NCBI GenBank assembly: GCA_964194905.1
Contig: CAXMOD010000119.1
Span: forward strand, 6,813-70,812
Direction: 5' to 3'
Source: an uncultured Desulfobacterales bacterium
Lineage (GTDB): Bacteria > Myxococcota_A > UBA9160 > JAFDET01
Length of the DNA stretch: 64,000 nucleotides
In this document: in pieces, positions 27,503 to 36,574 of the stretch
Layout: each line of letters begins with the position of its first letter
How positions within the stretch are numbered: the first letter of the stretch is position 1
The notes under the pieces: model-generated
Told to the model about the DNA's origin: nothing
What the model saw: the letters and a program-made list of their open reading frames with translations, nothing else
The model's database searches: none
Position numbers and translations under genes: made by a program

Positions 27503-28797
27503 CAGATCCCCCCCACGAAGCGGCCGGGGTTCAGGACGCCGTGGGGATCGAAACGCTCCTTCACGGCGCGCATCACCGAAAACGCAGACGGCGGCTCCCC
27601 GAAGACGTCGCGACCACGCTTGGCCCAGACCGGCGCCGCCTCGAGCACCAGGCTGCCTCCACCCGCACGCGCACCCACGCGCGCGGCGCGGAACGCGTCG
27701 TCTACCGTCAGCTCATCGGCGCCCTCGAAGAGCGGGAAGCCGGCGTAGAGAAAGGGCGTCCCGGGCCAGGCCATCACCACGGCGCCCGCATTCACCAGGG
27801 GTGCGGCGGCTGCGTCGAGCCGCGTCGGACGCACCGCCAGGCGGAAGCGCATTCCGCGCGCCGACCCGGGGCCATCTTGGAGCGCCGTGAGGCGAGCCAG
27901 GGTGGCGTCGTCGCCCGAGCGAACGTCGAGACCCTCCGCGAAGCGCGCGCGATCGTCGGCCAGCGTGGTCGACGCGGCGCCGAGCTCGGCCACCAGCAGC
28001 CAACGACCGCCGACCGGCTCCTCCTCCGCCACCCGCGCGGCCAGTGCGGGATCCACCAGGGCGACCGCGCGCGCGCTCGGCAGGGCTGCCGCGCGCATCC
28101 CGCGGGCGAACCCCTCGGCGGAGTCCGGCAGCCAGGCGTGCAGCACCGCGCGTTCCTCGGGGCGCGGGCGCAGGCGAACCCACGCCTCCTCCACCACACC
28201 GAGGGTGCCGAACGCGCCGGTGTGGAGCTTCATCAGGTCGTAGCCGGTCACGTTCTTCACCACGCGGCCGCCGCAGGCGGAGCGCTCACCGCTCGGGTGC
28301 GCCACGCGCATGCCCAGCACGTGATCGCGCGGTGCTCCGTGACACAGCACGCGCGGCGCGACGGACGCCGACGCGATGCAGCCGCCCACCGTGGCCGCGG
28401 CACCCGGACTGGCCAGGGGGAGCTCCCAGCCCGCGTCCTCGGCCGCCGCCGCCAACTCCGCGAGTGGCGTTCCCGCGCCCACGCACGCCACGCCTTCGTC
28501 GCCGTCGAGCTCGCGGATGCCGGCGAGGGCGTCGGTGCGCAGCAGCACGTCGCCGCGGCGCGGCGGGTTCCCGACCCCCAGCCGCGTGCCGCCTCCGCAC
28601 ACGAGTGCGGCCGCGCCCTCGTCCCGAAGCACGCGCAACGCCTCTACCAGGGCGGCGCCGTCGCCTGGGCGCAGCGTCAGGGGCGGCTTCACACCGTCCA
28701 CCCCGGTCTCCAGAGCGGCGTCCAGCGCCGCGTCCGGCCAGGCTTCGACGACCTCGGCACCCAGCGCGCGCCGCAGCTTCTCGGGATCGATGTTCAC
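27502..28797 (-). CDS. glcE: Glycolate oxidase FAD-binding subunit
   Basis: 431 aa with a FAD_binding_4 pattern (CGGGTRLGVG, KNVTGYDLMKL). The GTG start overlaps the glcD stop (GTGA). Confidence 0.85.
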   Translation of the reverse strand: MNIDPEKLRRALGAEVVEAWPDAALDAALETGVDGVKPPLTLRPGDGAALVEALRVLRDEGAAALVCGGGTRLGVGNPPRRGDVLLRTDALAGIRELDGDEGVACVGAGTPLAELAAAAEDAGWELPLASPGAAATVGGCIASASVAPRVLCHGAPRDHVLGMRVAHPSGERSACGGRVVKNVTGYDLMKLHTGAFGTLGVVEEAWVRLRPRPEERAVLHAWLPDSAEGFARGMRAAALPSARAVALVDPALAARVAEEEPVGGRWLLVAELGAASTTLADDRARFAEGLDVRSGDDATLARLTALQDGPGSARGMRFRLAVRPTRLDAAAAPLVNAGAVVMAWPGTPFLYAGFPLFEGADELTVDDAFRAARVGARAGGGSLVLEAAPVWAKRGRDVFGEPPSAFSVMRAVKERFDPHGVLNPGRFVGGI

Positions 28798-30239
28798 AGC
28801 GGCACGCCGTCGTAGCCGCGTGCCTTCGGGTTCGACTCGACGCAGAAGCGCGTCGTCGGGAAGATCTTGCCCGGGTTGGAGACCCCGTCCGGGTCGAAGG
28901 CGGCCCGCAGGCGGCGCATGGGCTCGAGGTCTTCCTCGTCGAAGAGCAGGCCCATGAAGTCGCGCTTCTCGGTGCCGATACCGTGCTCACCGCTGATCAC
29001 GCCGCCGGCCTCGACGCACGTGCGCAAGATCTCCTCGCCGGCCGCCAGCACCCGTGCCAGCTCATCCGGGTCGCGGCGGTCGAACGAGATGTTGGGGTGC
29101 AGGTTACCGTCGCCGGCGTGGAACACGTTGGAGAGTTTGAGGCCGTAGCGGTCGCCGATCGCGCAGACCGCCTCGAGCACTTCGGGCAGCTTGGGACGCG
29201 GCACCACCGCATCGTGCACGTAGAGGTCCGGCGCGAGCCGCCCCATCGCACCAAAGGCGCCCTTGCGCGCGCCCCAGAAACGCTGGCGCTCGGCTTCGTC
29301 GCGCGCCACCTCGACCCGCGCCGCGCCGGACTCGTCGCAGAGCGCGCGCACGCGCTCCACCTCGCGCGTCACGGCCGCGCGCGGGCCGTCGAGCTCGGCC
29401 AGCAGCACGGCGCCCGCGTCCCGCGGCAGCCCCGCGGCGTACACACTCGCCTCCACCGCCTCGATGGTGCGCCGGTCCACGATCTCGAGGGCCGCGGGCA
29501 GCAACCCGGCCTTGATCACCGCACCTACCGCGCGACAAGCGGAGACCACGTCGGGAAAGATCGCCAGAAGCGTCTCGACGGCGTCCGGCCGCGGGACCAG
29601 ACGCACCGTCACTTCGGTCACCACGCCCAGCGTGCCTTCGCTCCCCACGACCACACCGACCAGGTCGTAGCCGGAATCCCAGGCCACGGCGGAGCCCATG
29701 CGCACGACCTCTCCGTCTGGCAGAACCATTTCCAGCGCGAGCACGTGGTTGGTCGTCGTCCCGTACTTGAGCGTGTGCGGCCCGCCGGAGTTCTCGGCCA
29801 CGTTGCCACCGATTGTGCAGGCTGCCTGGCTGGAAGGATCGGGCGCGTAGAAGAGGCCGTGGGGGGCCGCCAGCTCGGAGAGGTGGGCGTTGATCACGCC
29901 GGGCTGCACCACCGCGAGACGCTCCAGCGGGTCGAGCTCCAGAACCCGATCCATGCGCGCGCACTCGATCACCACGCCGTTCTCCAGCGCGAGGGCGCCG
30001 CCCGAGAGGCCGGTCCCGGCGCCGCGCGCAACGAACGGCACACCCGCGCGGCGGCACGCCTTCACCACACGGGCCACCTGGTCCGTGTCGCGGGGGAGCA
30101 CCACGGCGGAGGGCCGCGCACGGTGCAGAGTGAGCCCGTCGCACTCGTACACGAAGAGCTCTTCGGCACGGTGCAAGCAGGCACCCGCGCCGACGACGTC
30201 GACGAGGTCTGCGATCAGTCCGCTGGGTGTGGCGCCCAT
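28794..30239 (-). CDS. glcD: Glycolate oxidase / FAD-linked oxidase subunit GlcD
   Basis: ORF 28794..30392 trimmed to ATG 30239 (MGATPSGLIADL). Contains ARGAGTGLSGGA, TIGGNVAENSGG, and a C-terminal GEHGIG FAD-oxidase_C motif. Confidence 0.9.
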   Translation of the reverse strand: MGATPSGLIADLVDVVGAGACLHRAEELFVYECDGLTLHRARPSAVVLPRDTDQVARVVKACRRAGVPFVARGAGTGLSGGALALENGVVIECARMDRVLELDPLERLAVVQPGVINAHLSELAAPHGLFYAPDPSSQAACTIGGNVAENSGGPHTLKYGTTTNHVLALEMVLPDGEVVRMGSAVAWDSGYDLVGVVVGSEGTLGVVTEVTVRLVPRPDAVETLLAIFPDVVSACRAVGAVIKAGLLPAALEIVDRRTIEAVEASVYAAGLPRDAGAVLLAELDGPRAAVTREVERVRALCDESGAARVEVARDEAERQRFWGARKGAFGAMGRLAPDLYVHDAVVPRPKLPEVLEAVCAIGDRYGLKLSNVFHAGDGNLHPNISFDRRDPDELARVLAAGEEILRTCVEAGGVISGEHGIGTEKRDFMGLLFDEEDLEPMRRLRAAFDPDGVSNPGKIFPTTRFCVESNPKARGYDGVPL

Positions 30240-30280
30240 GCTTCCGAGTCTAGCCCGGCGACCGCGGCACGATGGGCGTC

Positions 30281-31321
30281 CTAGCCCAGGCCGAGCCGCT
30301 CGAGGTCCTCCTCGGAAAGGCCGAGGTAGTGACCGACCTCGTGCTGCACCGTGATCTGGATCTGCTCGATCAGCTCCGCTTCGTCGCGGCACATCCTCTC
30401 GAGGTTGCGCTTGAACAGGATCACCTGGTCGAGGACGGGCTCCGGCTGCGAGACGCTGGCCTCGGTGCGCGGCACGCCGATGAAGATGCCCAGGATCTGG
30501 GGCGAGACGTTCTCTTTTTCGACCAGCTCGACGTCCGGGAAGTCCTGGACGAGGACCGGCACGTTGGCCACGTAGTCGCGGATGGAGCGCGGCAGGTTGC
30601 GTAGCGCTGCCTCGGTGGCCTGGTCGAAGGCCTCCGCGCCGATGGCGGTGGGAAGCGGATAGTGGTCGGGGTCCAGCGCGTCGGCCCGCTCGAAGCAGCG
30701 GCTCACATCGTTCTCGTCAGCGCCCACCCGCTCCAGCGAGAGGGCCAGGTGGTAGACGGCGTGGCTCGACTCCGGCTCCATGGCCACGGCGCGCTCCAGC
30801 GGCCGACGGGCCTCCTCGAAGGAGCCCATCTCGAAGAGGATCTGGCCCTCGAAGGCCCGGTAGATGGCCTGCTCGCCGCCCGCCTTGAGCGCGCGGCGCA
30901 CCAGGAAGAGCGCCCCTTCCAGATCGTCCAGGTAGAAGAGCGCCTTGCTCTTCAGGTAGAGGACCTCCGCCTCCATCGTGCGATCCGGCCGCGGCAGCTC
31001 CTCGCTGCCCGCGAGCAGGCGGTCGCAGTGGTCGATGGCCTGCTCGTGCTCGCCGAACTCCTCCACCAGAAGCTCTGCGCGGTTCAGGTGGGCCGTCGTG
31101 AACTTGGGATCCGCCTCGAGCGCGCGCTCGAACTCGTGCAGCGCCTGCTCCACACGGCCTTCGTCCCACAGGATCTCGCCGCGACCGTTGTGGGCCTCGG
31201 CGCCGTCGGGATGCTCCTGCAGCGCCTGATCGAGCCATGCCAGCGCGGCGTCGGTCCGCCCTTCCTGGGCGGCCGTCATCGCCTCATCGAGGCAGTCCCA
31301 GTATCGATCCTTGTCGCGCAT
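30281..31321 (-). CDS. TPR-repeat protein fused to a minimal zincin (DUF1025-type) metallopeptidase domain
   Basis: 346 aa. The N-terminal ~230 aa are TPR units. The C-terminal part reads ILGIFIGVP...ITVQHEVGHYLGLSEEDLERLG (HExxH). Confidence 0.8.
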   Translation of the reverse strand: MRDKDRYWDCLDEAMTAAQEGRTDAALAWLDQALQEHPDGAEAHNGRGEILWDEGRVEQALHEFERALEADPKFTTAHLNRAELLVEEFGEHEQAIDHCDRLLAGSEELPRPDRTMEAEVLYLKSKALFYLDDLEGALFLVRRALKAGGEQAIYRAFEGQILFEMGSFEEARRPLERAVAMEPESSHAVYHLALSLERVGADENDVSRCFERADALDPDHYPLPTAIGAEAFDQATEAALRNLPRSIRDYVANVPVLVQDFPDVELVEKENVSPQILGIFIGVPRTEASVSQPEPVLDQVILFKRNLERMCRDEAELIEQIQITVQHEVGHYLGLSEEDLERLGLG

Positions 31322-31503
31322 CGCTCTCCGAGGGGCCCCGCCGGGGAGGTACGGGGTGCAAAGCCCAAGCAGGATAGCAGACCGGGATTACACTATATCG
31401 CGTATGCGTCCGTCGAAGAGATGCTGCAACTGGCTGGAACAAAAAGATAAAACGAGATTTCGAGAAGCCCCGATCCCCGAGGGGTCGGCAGGGCGTTGGC
31501 CCG

Positions 31504-32253
31504 CTAAGACGGCTCGGCAGGCTGCGCGGGCGCTGCGCCTGGCTCCACCAGCACCGTCTCGTGGACCAGCACCCGCTTGCAGCTCCCGCACGAGACTACG
31601 CGCGCGGCCGAGATGAGATCGACATAGTCCTGGGGCGGGATCCCCACCCGACAGCCGCTGCACAGCTCCTTCGAGACGATGGCTACGGCCGGACGGCGAC
31701 GCGCGGCTACGCGCTCGTAGCGCGCGAGCGTGGACGAATCCAGCTCGGCCGCGGCGGCGTCCCGGGCCGCGCGCAGGCGCTCGCTCTCCTTCCCGAGCTC
31801 GTCTCCACGGGCCGCGAGGCGCTGCCCCTCCGCATCGACGCGCTGCCCGACGCCGGCGGCGGCGGCCTCCGCCTCGGCGAGTCCCCGGCGCGCCTCCGCG
31901 ATCGCTTCCATCGCCTCGAGGATCGTGTCCTCGAGGGCGCTGGCGGTGGCCTTCGCCTCATCGATCTCCCGCAGCAGGGTCGTATACGCCTCGTTGCTCT
32001 TCACCTGGGCCGTCTGGCCCTCCAGGTGACTCGCGCGCTCCTCCGAGTCCGCCAGCCGGCCCTCCAGCGCGCGCTGCTCCAGCTCCTGCGCCTCCACCGC
32101 CTGGCGTGCCTCGTCCGCGCGCGCGTCGGCGCTCCGGCGCTCGTTCTCGGCTGCCTCACGGCGGCCCGGCAGCCCGGCGGCCTCGTCCTCGACCCGCTTC
32201 AGCTCATCGTCGACGCGAGCCAGGGAAACGAGCTTCCGCAGGGTGTTACGCAC
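31504..32253 (-). CDS. Coiled-coil C4 zinc-ribbon protein (COG1579/DUF164-like)
   Basis: ORF 31504..32529 trimmed to GTG 32253. A long coiled coil is followed by CSGCRVGIPPQ...SCGSCKRVLV. Confidence 0.75.
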   Translation of the reverse strand: MRNTLRKLVSLARVDDELKRVEDEAAGLPGRREAAENERRSADARADEARQAVEAQELEQRALEGRLADSEERASHLEGQTAQVKSNEAYTTLLREIDEAKATASALEDTILEAMEAIAEARRGLAEAEAAAAGVGQRVDAEGQRLAARGDELGKESERLRAARDAAAAELDSSTLARYERVAARRRPAVAIVSKELCSGCRVGIPPQDYVDLISAARVVSCGSCKRVLVHETVLVEPGAAPAQPAEPS

Positions 32254-32323
32254 GCAGCCTCCGTCGGCGCCAGGATCGCCGCGCGGGAGAGTAGCGCGCC
32301 CTCGGGCCGGACCGGAGTATGCT

Positions 32324-32749
32324 ATGGCGGCCTTCGGTGAGTCTTGGAGGAGGAATCGGGTGGAGTGGGTGGCCATCGTGACCGGGCTGGTGCTGGCCGA
32401 GTACGTGTTCTTCATGATGCACACGGGCATGGCCCGGGGGCGCCATGAGGTCCCCGCTCCCTCCACCACCGGCAACCCCGATTTCGAGCGCAGCTTCCGG
32501 GCCCAGGGCAACACCGTCGAGCAGCTCATCGTGTTTCTGCCCGCGCTCTGGCTCTTCGCCCACTATGTCTCGGCCCCGCTGGCGGCCCTGCTGGGGCTCA
32601 CCTTCGGTGTGGGCCGAGCGCTCTACTGGCGGGGCTACGTGATGAACCCGCCGCGCCGCGGCCCGGGCTTCCTGATCGGACTGATCGCCTCCTCCATCCT
32701 GCTGCTCGGTGGAATCCTGGGCGCCCTGGTCGCAGCACTGTCCGCGTGA
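32324..32749 (+). CDS. MAPEG-family membrane protein (microsomal GST-like)
   Basis: ORF 32243..32749 trimmed to ATG 32324. 141 aa with 3-4 TM segments, plus RAQGNTVEQLIVFLP and VGRALYWRGY, both typical of MAPEG. Its stop overlaps the next start (GTGA). Confidence 0.7.
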   Translation: MAAFGESWRRNRVEWVAIVTGLVLAEYVFFMMHTGMARGRHEVPAPSTTGNPDFERSFRAQGNTVEQLIVFLPALWLFAHYVSAPLAALLGLTFGVGRALYWRGYVMNPPRRGPGFLIGLIASSILLLGGILGALVAALSA

Positions 32750-34146
32750 ACCCCTCACGCACCGAGCGCATCCTCCGCATCTTCACCGATGTGAAGCCCG
32801 GCGAGGCCACCACCGCTCTGGTGATGTTCGCCAACGTCTTCCTGATCCTGTGCGCGTACTACCTGATCAAGCCGTTGCGCGAGGGCTGGATCGCCATCTC
32901 GGACGTGAGCGGCCTCTCGAAGATGGAGGTGAAGGCCTACTCCGCCTTCGGGCAGAGCGTGCTGCTCCTCGTGGTGGTGCGCTACTACGGACGGCTCGCG
33001 GCGCGCGTGAACCGGGCGCGCCTCATCGCCGGCGCCACGCTGTTCTGCATGAGCAACATGCTGGTCTTCTGGGCGGTCCAGCCGGACTTCTTCCTGCGCC
33101 ATCTGCCCGGCCCCGGCGTCGCCTTCTACCTGTGGGTGGGCATGTTCGGGGTCTTCATCGTGGCGCAGTTCTGGACCTACGCCGCTGACCTCTACGACGA
33201 CGAGCGCGGCAACCGGCTCATACCCATGATCGCGATCGGCGCCACGGCCGGAGGCGCGTTCGGCTCCCAGATCACCGAAACGCTGGTGGGCAGCGGGCTC
33301 GTCCCCACGAAGTGGCTGCTCATCGCGGCGATGGTGCCGCTCTCGCTTTCCATGCTGCTCACGCTCTGGGCCGAACGGCGCGGGCCGCTGGGAGCGGGGC
33401 CCGAGCCCTCGGAAACCGGACCCGCGGCGCCCGGACCCGGCCTGGGGGAGGCGGGCGGCTCGCAGCGCGAATCGCTCTCCACGGTGCTCAGCAACCGCTA
33501 CCTGCTGATGGTGGCGATCATCACCCTGCTCATGAACTGGGTGAACACCAACGGCGAGAACGTGCTCTACCGGGTGGTGCAGGAGGCGCTCGCAGGCGAC
33601 GCGCTCGCCCAGGGCATCACCGACCCCGTGGAGATCCGAGCCTTCACCCAGGACCAGACTACGCTGTTCTACAGCAACTTCTTCCGCTGGGTGAACTGGG
33701 TCGCGCTGCTCCTCCAGGCGCTGGTGGCCTCCAGGCTGCTGAAGTACGGGGGCTTCGGGGCGATCCTGATGCTGCTCCCGGCGATCGCGCTGGTCTCGTA
33801 CGGCGTGATGGCCCTCCTGCCGGTCATGGCTGTGATCAAGCTCATGAAGGTCGCGGAGAATGGAACCGATTACTCCATCAACAACACCGCGCGCCACGTG
33901 CTGTGGCTCCCGGTGCCGACCGAGATGAAGTACAAGGGCAAACCAACCGTGGATACGCTGTTCGCGCGGCTGGGCGACGGCGCGGCAGCGCTGACGGTGC
34001 TGGTGGGCGAGCGACTGCTGGGCCTGCCCACGAAGGGCTTCCTGGCCTTCACCGTGCTGCTCGTGCTGCTGTGGATCGGCCAGGCCGCGCCGGTGATCGC
34101 CGAGAACCGGCGCCTGTGCCGCGAGGCCGGGATCGACAATGGCTAG
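32746..34146 (+). CDS. NTT/TLC-like (Npt1/Npt2 family, ATP/ADP-translocase-like) MFS carrier
   Basis: 466 aa with about 12 TM segments. The N-terminal VKPGEATTALVMFANVFLILCAYYLIKPLREGW matches the TLC-family opening helix pattern. Confidence 0.8.
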   Translation: MNPSRTERILRIFTDVKPGEATTALVMFANVFLILCAYYLIKPLREGWIAISDVSGLSKMEVKAYSAFGQSVLLLVVVRYYGRLAARVNRARLIAGATLFCMSNMLVFWAVQPDFFLRHLPGPGVAFYLWVGMFGVFIVAQFWTYAADLYDDERGNRLIPMIAIGATAGGAFGSQITETLVGSGLVPTKWLLIAAMVPLSLSMLLTLWAERRGPLGAGPEPSETGPAAPGPGLGEAGGSQRESLSTVLSNRYLLMVAIITLLMNWVNTNGENVLYRVVQEALAGDALAQGITDPVEIRAFTQDQTTLFYSNFFRWVNWVALLLQALVASRLLKYGGFGAILMLLPAIALVSYGVMALLPVMAVIKLMKVAENGTDYSINNTARHVLWLPVPTEMKYKGKPTVDTLFARLGDGAAALTVLVGERLLGLPTKGFLAFTVLLVLLWIGQAAPVIAENRRLCREAGIDNG

Positions 34147-35152
34147 GGGCCGCAGCTCGAGGGCGTGCGCCTGTCTGCTCGCGGCGGCCGTGCTGGCCCT
34201 GGCGCCGCCCGCGCTGCCGGCGCGCGCGGAGTCCGCCGAGGGCTCGGACGACTACGATCTCTTCGACGACCCGCGACTCGAACAACTGCGCCGCCTCGAC
34301 CGGATCGCTCCGTTCGAGGACCCCGCACCGCTCTGGGACTACGTGGATGACGGGCTCGAGTCCGACGTCCGCAAGGCGCTCGACACTCTCGGCCTCAGCG
34401 CTGCCGTGCGGCGCCAGAAGCTCGCGGTGGTGCTGGTGGACATCAGCAAGGTCAGAAGGCCCCGCGTCGCGTCGATCAACGGCGACACCATGCTCTACGC
34501 CGCGAGCCTGCCCAAGATCGCAGTGCTGCTCGGCGCCTTCGAGAAGATCGCCGAGGGGCGCATGCCCGACGATGCGGAGACCCAGCGCCAGCTGGTGAAC
34601 ATGATCCGCGTATCGTCGAACGCGTCCGCCACCCACATGATGAATCGCGTAGGCAAGGACTACATCGCGCGCACGCTCCTCTCGCCGCGCTACCGGCTCT
34701 ACGACCCGGACCACAACGGAGGCCTGTGGGTGGGCAAGGACTACGGCAAGGCCGGCCTGTGGAAGCGCGACCCCCTCCACAACCTCTCCCATGGCGCCAC
34801 GGCCATGCAGGTTGCGCGCTTCTACTACATGATGCAGACGGGAAAGCTCGTGACGCCCGAGTACAGCGCGCGGATGAAGGAGATCCTCTCCGACCCGGCC
34901 TTGTACCACAAGTTCGTAGGCGCGCTGATGCGGGTGAACCCCGCGGCCACGCTCTTCCGCAAGTCCGGCACGTGGCGCACGTTCCACGCGGACAGCGTTC
35001 TGGTCGAGCGTGGGCGTCACGCCTACATCGCCGTGGCCCTGGCCGACTCCTCGGAGGGCAGCCGCTGGATGAAGGAGATCATCGTCGCCCTGGACGGGAT
35101 CGTCTTCGGCAAGAGCTGGCTGCACCGCCTGGCGGGCTGGCCCCGGCGTTGA
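34139..35152 (+). CDS. Secreted class-A beta-lactamase-fold serine hydrolase
   Basis: 337 aa. Signal peptide (CLLAAAVLALAPPALPARA), S-x-x-K (ASLPK), S-x-N (VSSNAS) and K-S/T-G (RKSGTW). The ATG overlaps the NTT stop by 8 nt. Confidence 0.8.
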   Translation: MARGRSSRACACLLAAAVLALAPPALPARAESAEGSDDYDLFDDPRLEQLRRLDRIAPFEDPAPLWDYVDDGLESDVRKALDTLGLSAAVRRQKLAVVLVDISKVRRPRVASINGDTMLYAASLPKIAVLLGAFEKIAEGRMPDDAETQRQLVNMIRVSSNASATHMMNRVGKDYIARTLLSPRYRLYDPDHNGGLWVGKDYGKAGLWKRDPLHNLSHGATAMQVARFYYMMQTGKLVTPEYSARMKEILSDPALYHKFVGALMRVNPAATLFRKSGTWRTFHADSVLVERGRHAYIAVALADSSEGSRWMKEIIVALDGIVFGKSWLHRLAGWPRR

Positions 35153-36574
35153 TCAGGGGCGCGAGGGTGCTTCCATGTCCGTGCCGTCCGGCATCTGGTT
35201 CATCACCTCGGCGTCGTCCGGGATGTCGTCCTCTTCCATCGGTTGATCCGCGAGGATCTCCTCGGCGCTGCGCTGCGGCTTCGCCTCCTCGCCCTCCAGC
35301 GGGTGCCGCGACTCGATCAGCTGGTGCACCTGGGTCCCCAACAGGCGGTGCGCCTCCGATGAGTTCTTGCGCAGCACGTTGGAGAGGACCACGGCGATGT
35401 AGTGGAGCTTCTGCTTCTGATCGACGCTCTCCACCATGGTCACTGAGTTCATGAAGTTGCGGACGTTACCCTTGTACTTCTCGCAGTGGAAGCCCTTCTC
35501 GGGCCTGCAGCCGTACCAGGAGCCGGACTTGAAGTAGATGGCGTAGTCCCAGAGCACCGGCGTGGACCCGTAGCGAATGCGCTTGTCGGTGATGTACAGA
35601 AGCTTCTTCATCTTCAGGCTCGACCATTCGTCGATCAGCTTGCCTTGCTCTGCGAGCAGCATCACACGCAACAACTCCTGGGCGCTGGCGTGACTCGAGA
35701 TGCCCGGGATGCGTCCCTTGCCGGTGCGGGTGAAGAGGCTGCCCTGACGGAGCTGGGCGGGGTCGAGCCCACTCCCCGTCGTGCCGCGCTTCATCGCCTC
35801 GATGAAGATCGCGCCCAGCCGCGACTTGGGCGTGCCCTTCAGGAACGCGTTCGCCGCCTCGGGGCTGGACGGGTACGCGGTGCCGAAGTGCTTGAGCAGC
35901 ACGAGTTCCTTCTGGAGCACCGCAGCACCGGCGTTGGAGCTGGTGGAGAGCATCCAGTCGAGCCAGGTATACAGGTTGGCGGTGTCGCCGAGGGCGATGG
36001 GCCGGCGGATGTACTGGCGGTCGCCCGGCGCCCAGAAGGGCACGTTGTGGGAGTCGCGTACGATGTATTCGTCCGCGGTCACCTGGGTCTCGCGCAACAC
36101 CCGGTGGCGCGCGTCCACATCGTCCGGGTACAGGTCGGCCAGCGCCTGGAACCAGGCGAGGCCCACCATGATCTTTCCCACGCTCCCCGGATTCTGCAGC
36201 TTGGTGGGGTTCCAGGCCGCGTAGGCCGGTGCGTCGGGGTCGGACAGATCGAGGATCGCCACGCCGTACGCGTCGGCGTCCGCCCCCAGCAGCTCCCGCA
36301 CCTGGCTGGTGAAGCGGGCGTGGCGCTGCGGCAGAGTGAACTCCGGGCGGTCCAGCATGCGCAGCTTCAGTTCCTTGCTGTAGAGCTGTGCTCCCCAGTA
36401 CAGGATGATCCCGGGGATCACACCGTCCTGCGCCAGCTTGTAGGCCTCCAGCCGCGCAATGCCCGTCTCCGGGTAGGCGTCCAGCGGATAGGCGTAGGCG
36501 CCGCCCGCGGCGAGTCCGGCCAGCAGCAGTGCAGCGAGCGCAACGCCCGCAAGGAAGGGCCTGGACCGACCCAC
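35153..36574 (-). CDS. Secreted beta-lactamase-fold serine hydrolase with acidic C-terminal tail
   Basis: 473 aa with a GTG start immediately after the dikinase TAG. Signal peptide (FLAGVALAALLLAGLAAGGAYA), GSVGK (SxxK), STSSNAG (SxN) and FKSGSW (KSG). The tail EEDDIPDDAEVMNQMPDG is acidic. Confidence 0.75.
   Translation of the reverse strand: MGRSRPFLAGVALAALLLAGLAAGGAYAYPLDAYPETGIARLEAYKLAQDGVIPGIILYWGAQLYSKELKLRMLDRPEFTLPQRHARFTSQVRELLGADADAYGVAILDLSDPDAPAYAAWNPTKLQNPGSVGKIMVGLAWFQALADLYPDDVDARHRVLRETQVTADEYIVRDSHNVPFWAPGDRQYIRRPIALGDTANLYTWLDWMLSTSSNAGAAVLQKELVLLKHFGTAYPSSPEAANAFLKGTPKSRLGAIFIEAMKRGTTGSGLDPAQLRQGSLFTRTGKGRIPGISSHASAQELLRVMLLAEQGKLIDEWSSLKMKKLLYITDKRIRYGSTPVLWDYAIYFKSGSWYGCRPEKGFHCEKYKGNVRNFMNSVTMVESVDQKQKLHYIAVVLSNVLRKNSSEAHRLLGTQVHQLIESRHPLEGEEAKPQRSAEEILADQPMEEDDIPDDAEVMNQMPDGTDMEAPSRP

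Noticed and set aside
28044-30284. 746-aa plus-strand ORF, together with similar long ORFs at 14425..16266, 35486..37399, 37583..39466, 47390..49342, 57566..58822 and 59898..60932
   Set aside because: All lie antisense to genes with clear conserved motifs (glcDE, phosphoesterase, hydrolase/dikinase, PQQ-ADH, ACAD, WS/DGAT) and have Arg/Pro/Gly/Ala-rich composition. They are high-GC stop-codon depletion artefacts.
31392-31397. Near-consensus -10 (TATAGT on the minus strand) upstream of the TPR-zincin gene
   Set aside because: No acceptable -35 lies at 16-18 bp spacing, and there is only one occurrence. It is too weak to list as a feature.
31470-31488. GC-rich hairpin (CCGATCCCC-GA-GGGGTCGG) just downstream of the zinc-ribbon gene on the minus strand, as an intrinsic terminator
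   Set aside because: The stem has a bulge and a very small loop. The T-rich run on the minus strand (TTTTATCTTTTTG) begins about 17 nt after the stem rather than directly after it, so it does not fit the canonical terminator. It could still be a weak or Rho-assisted site.
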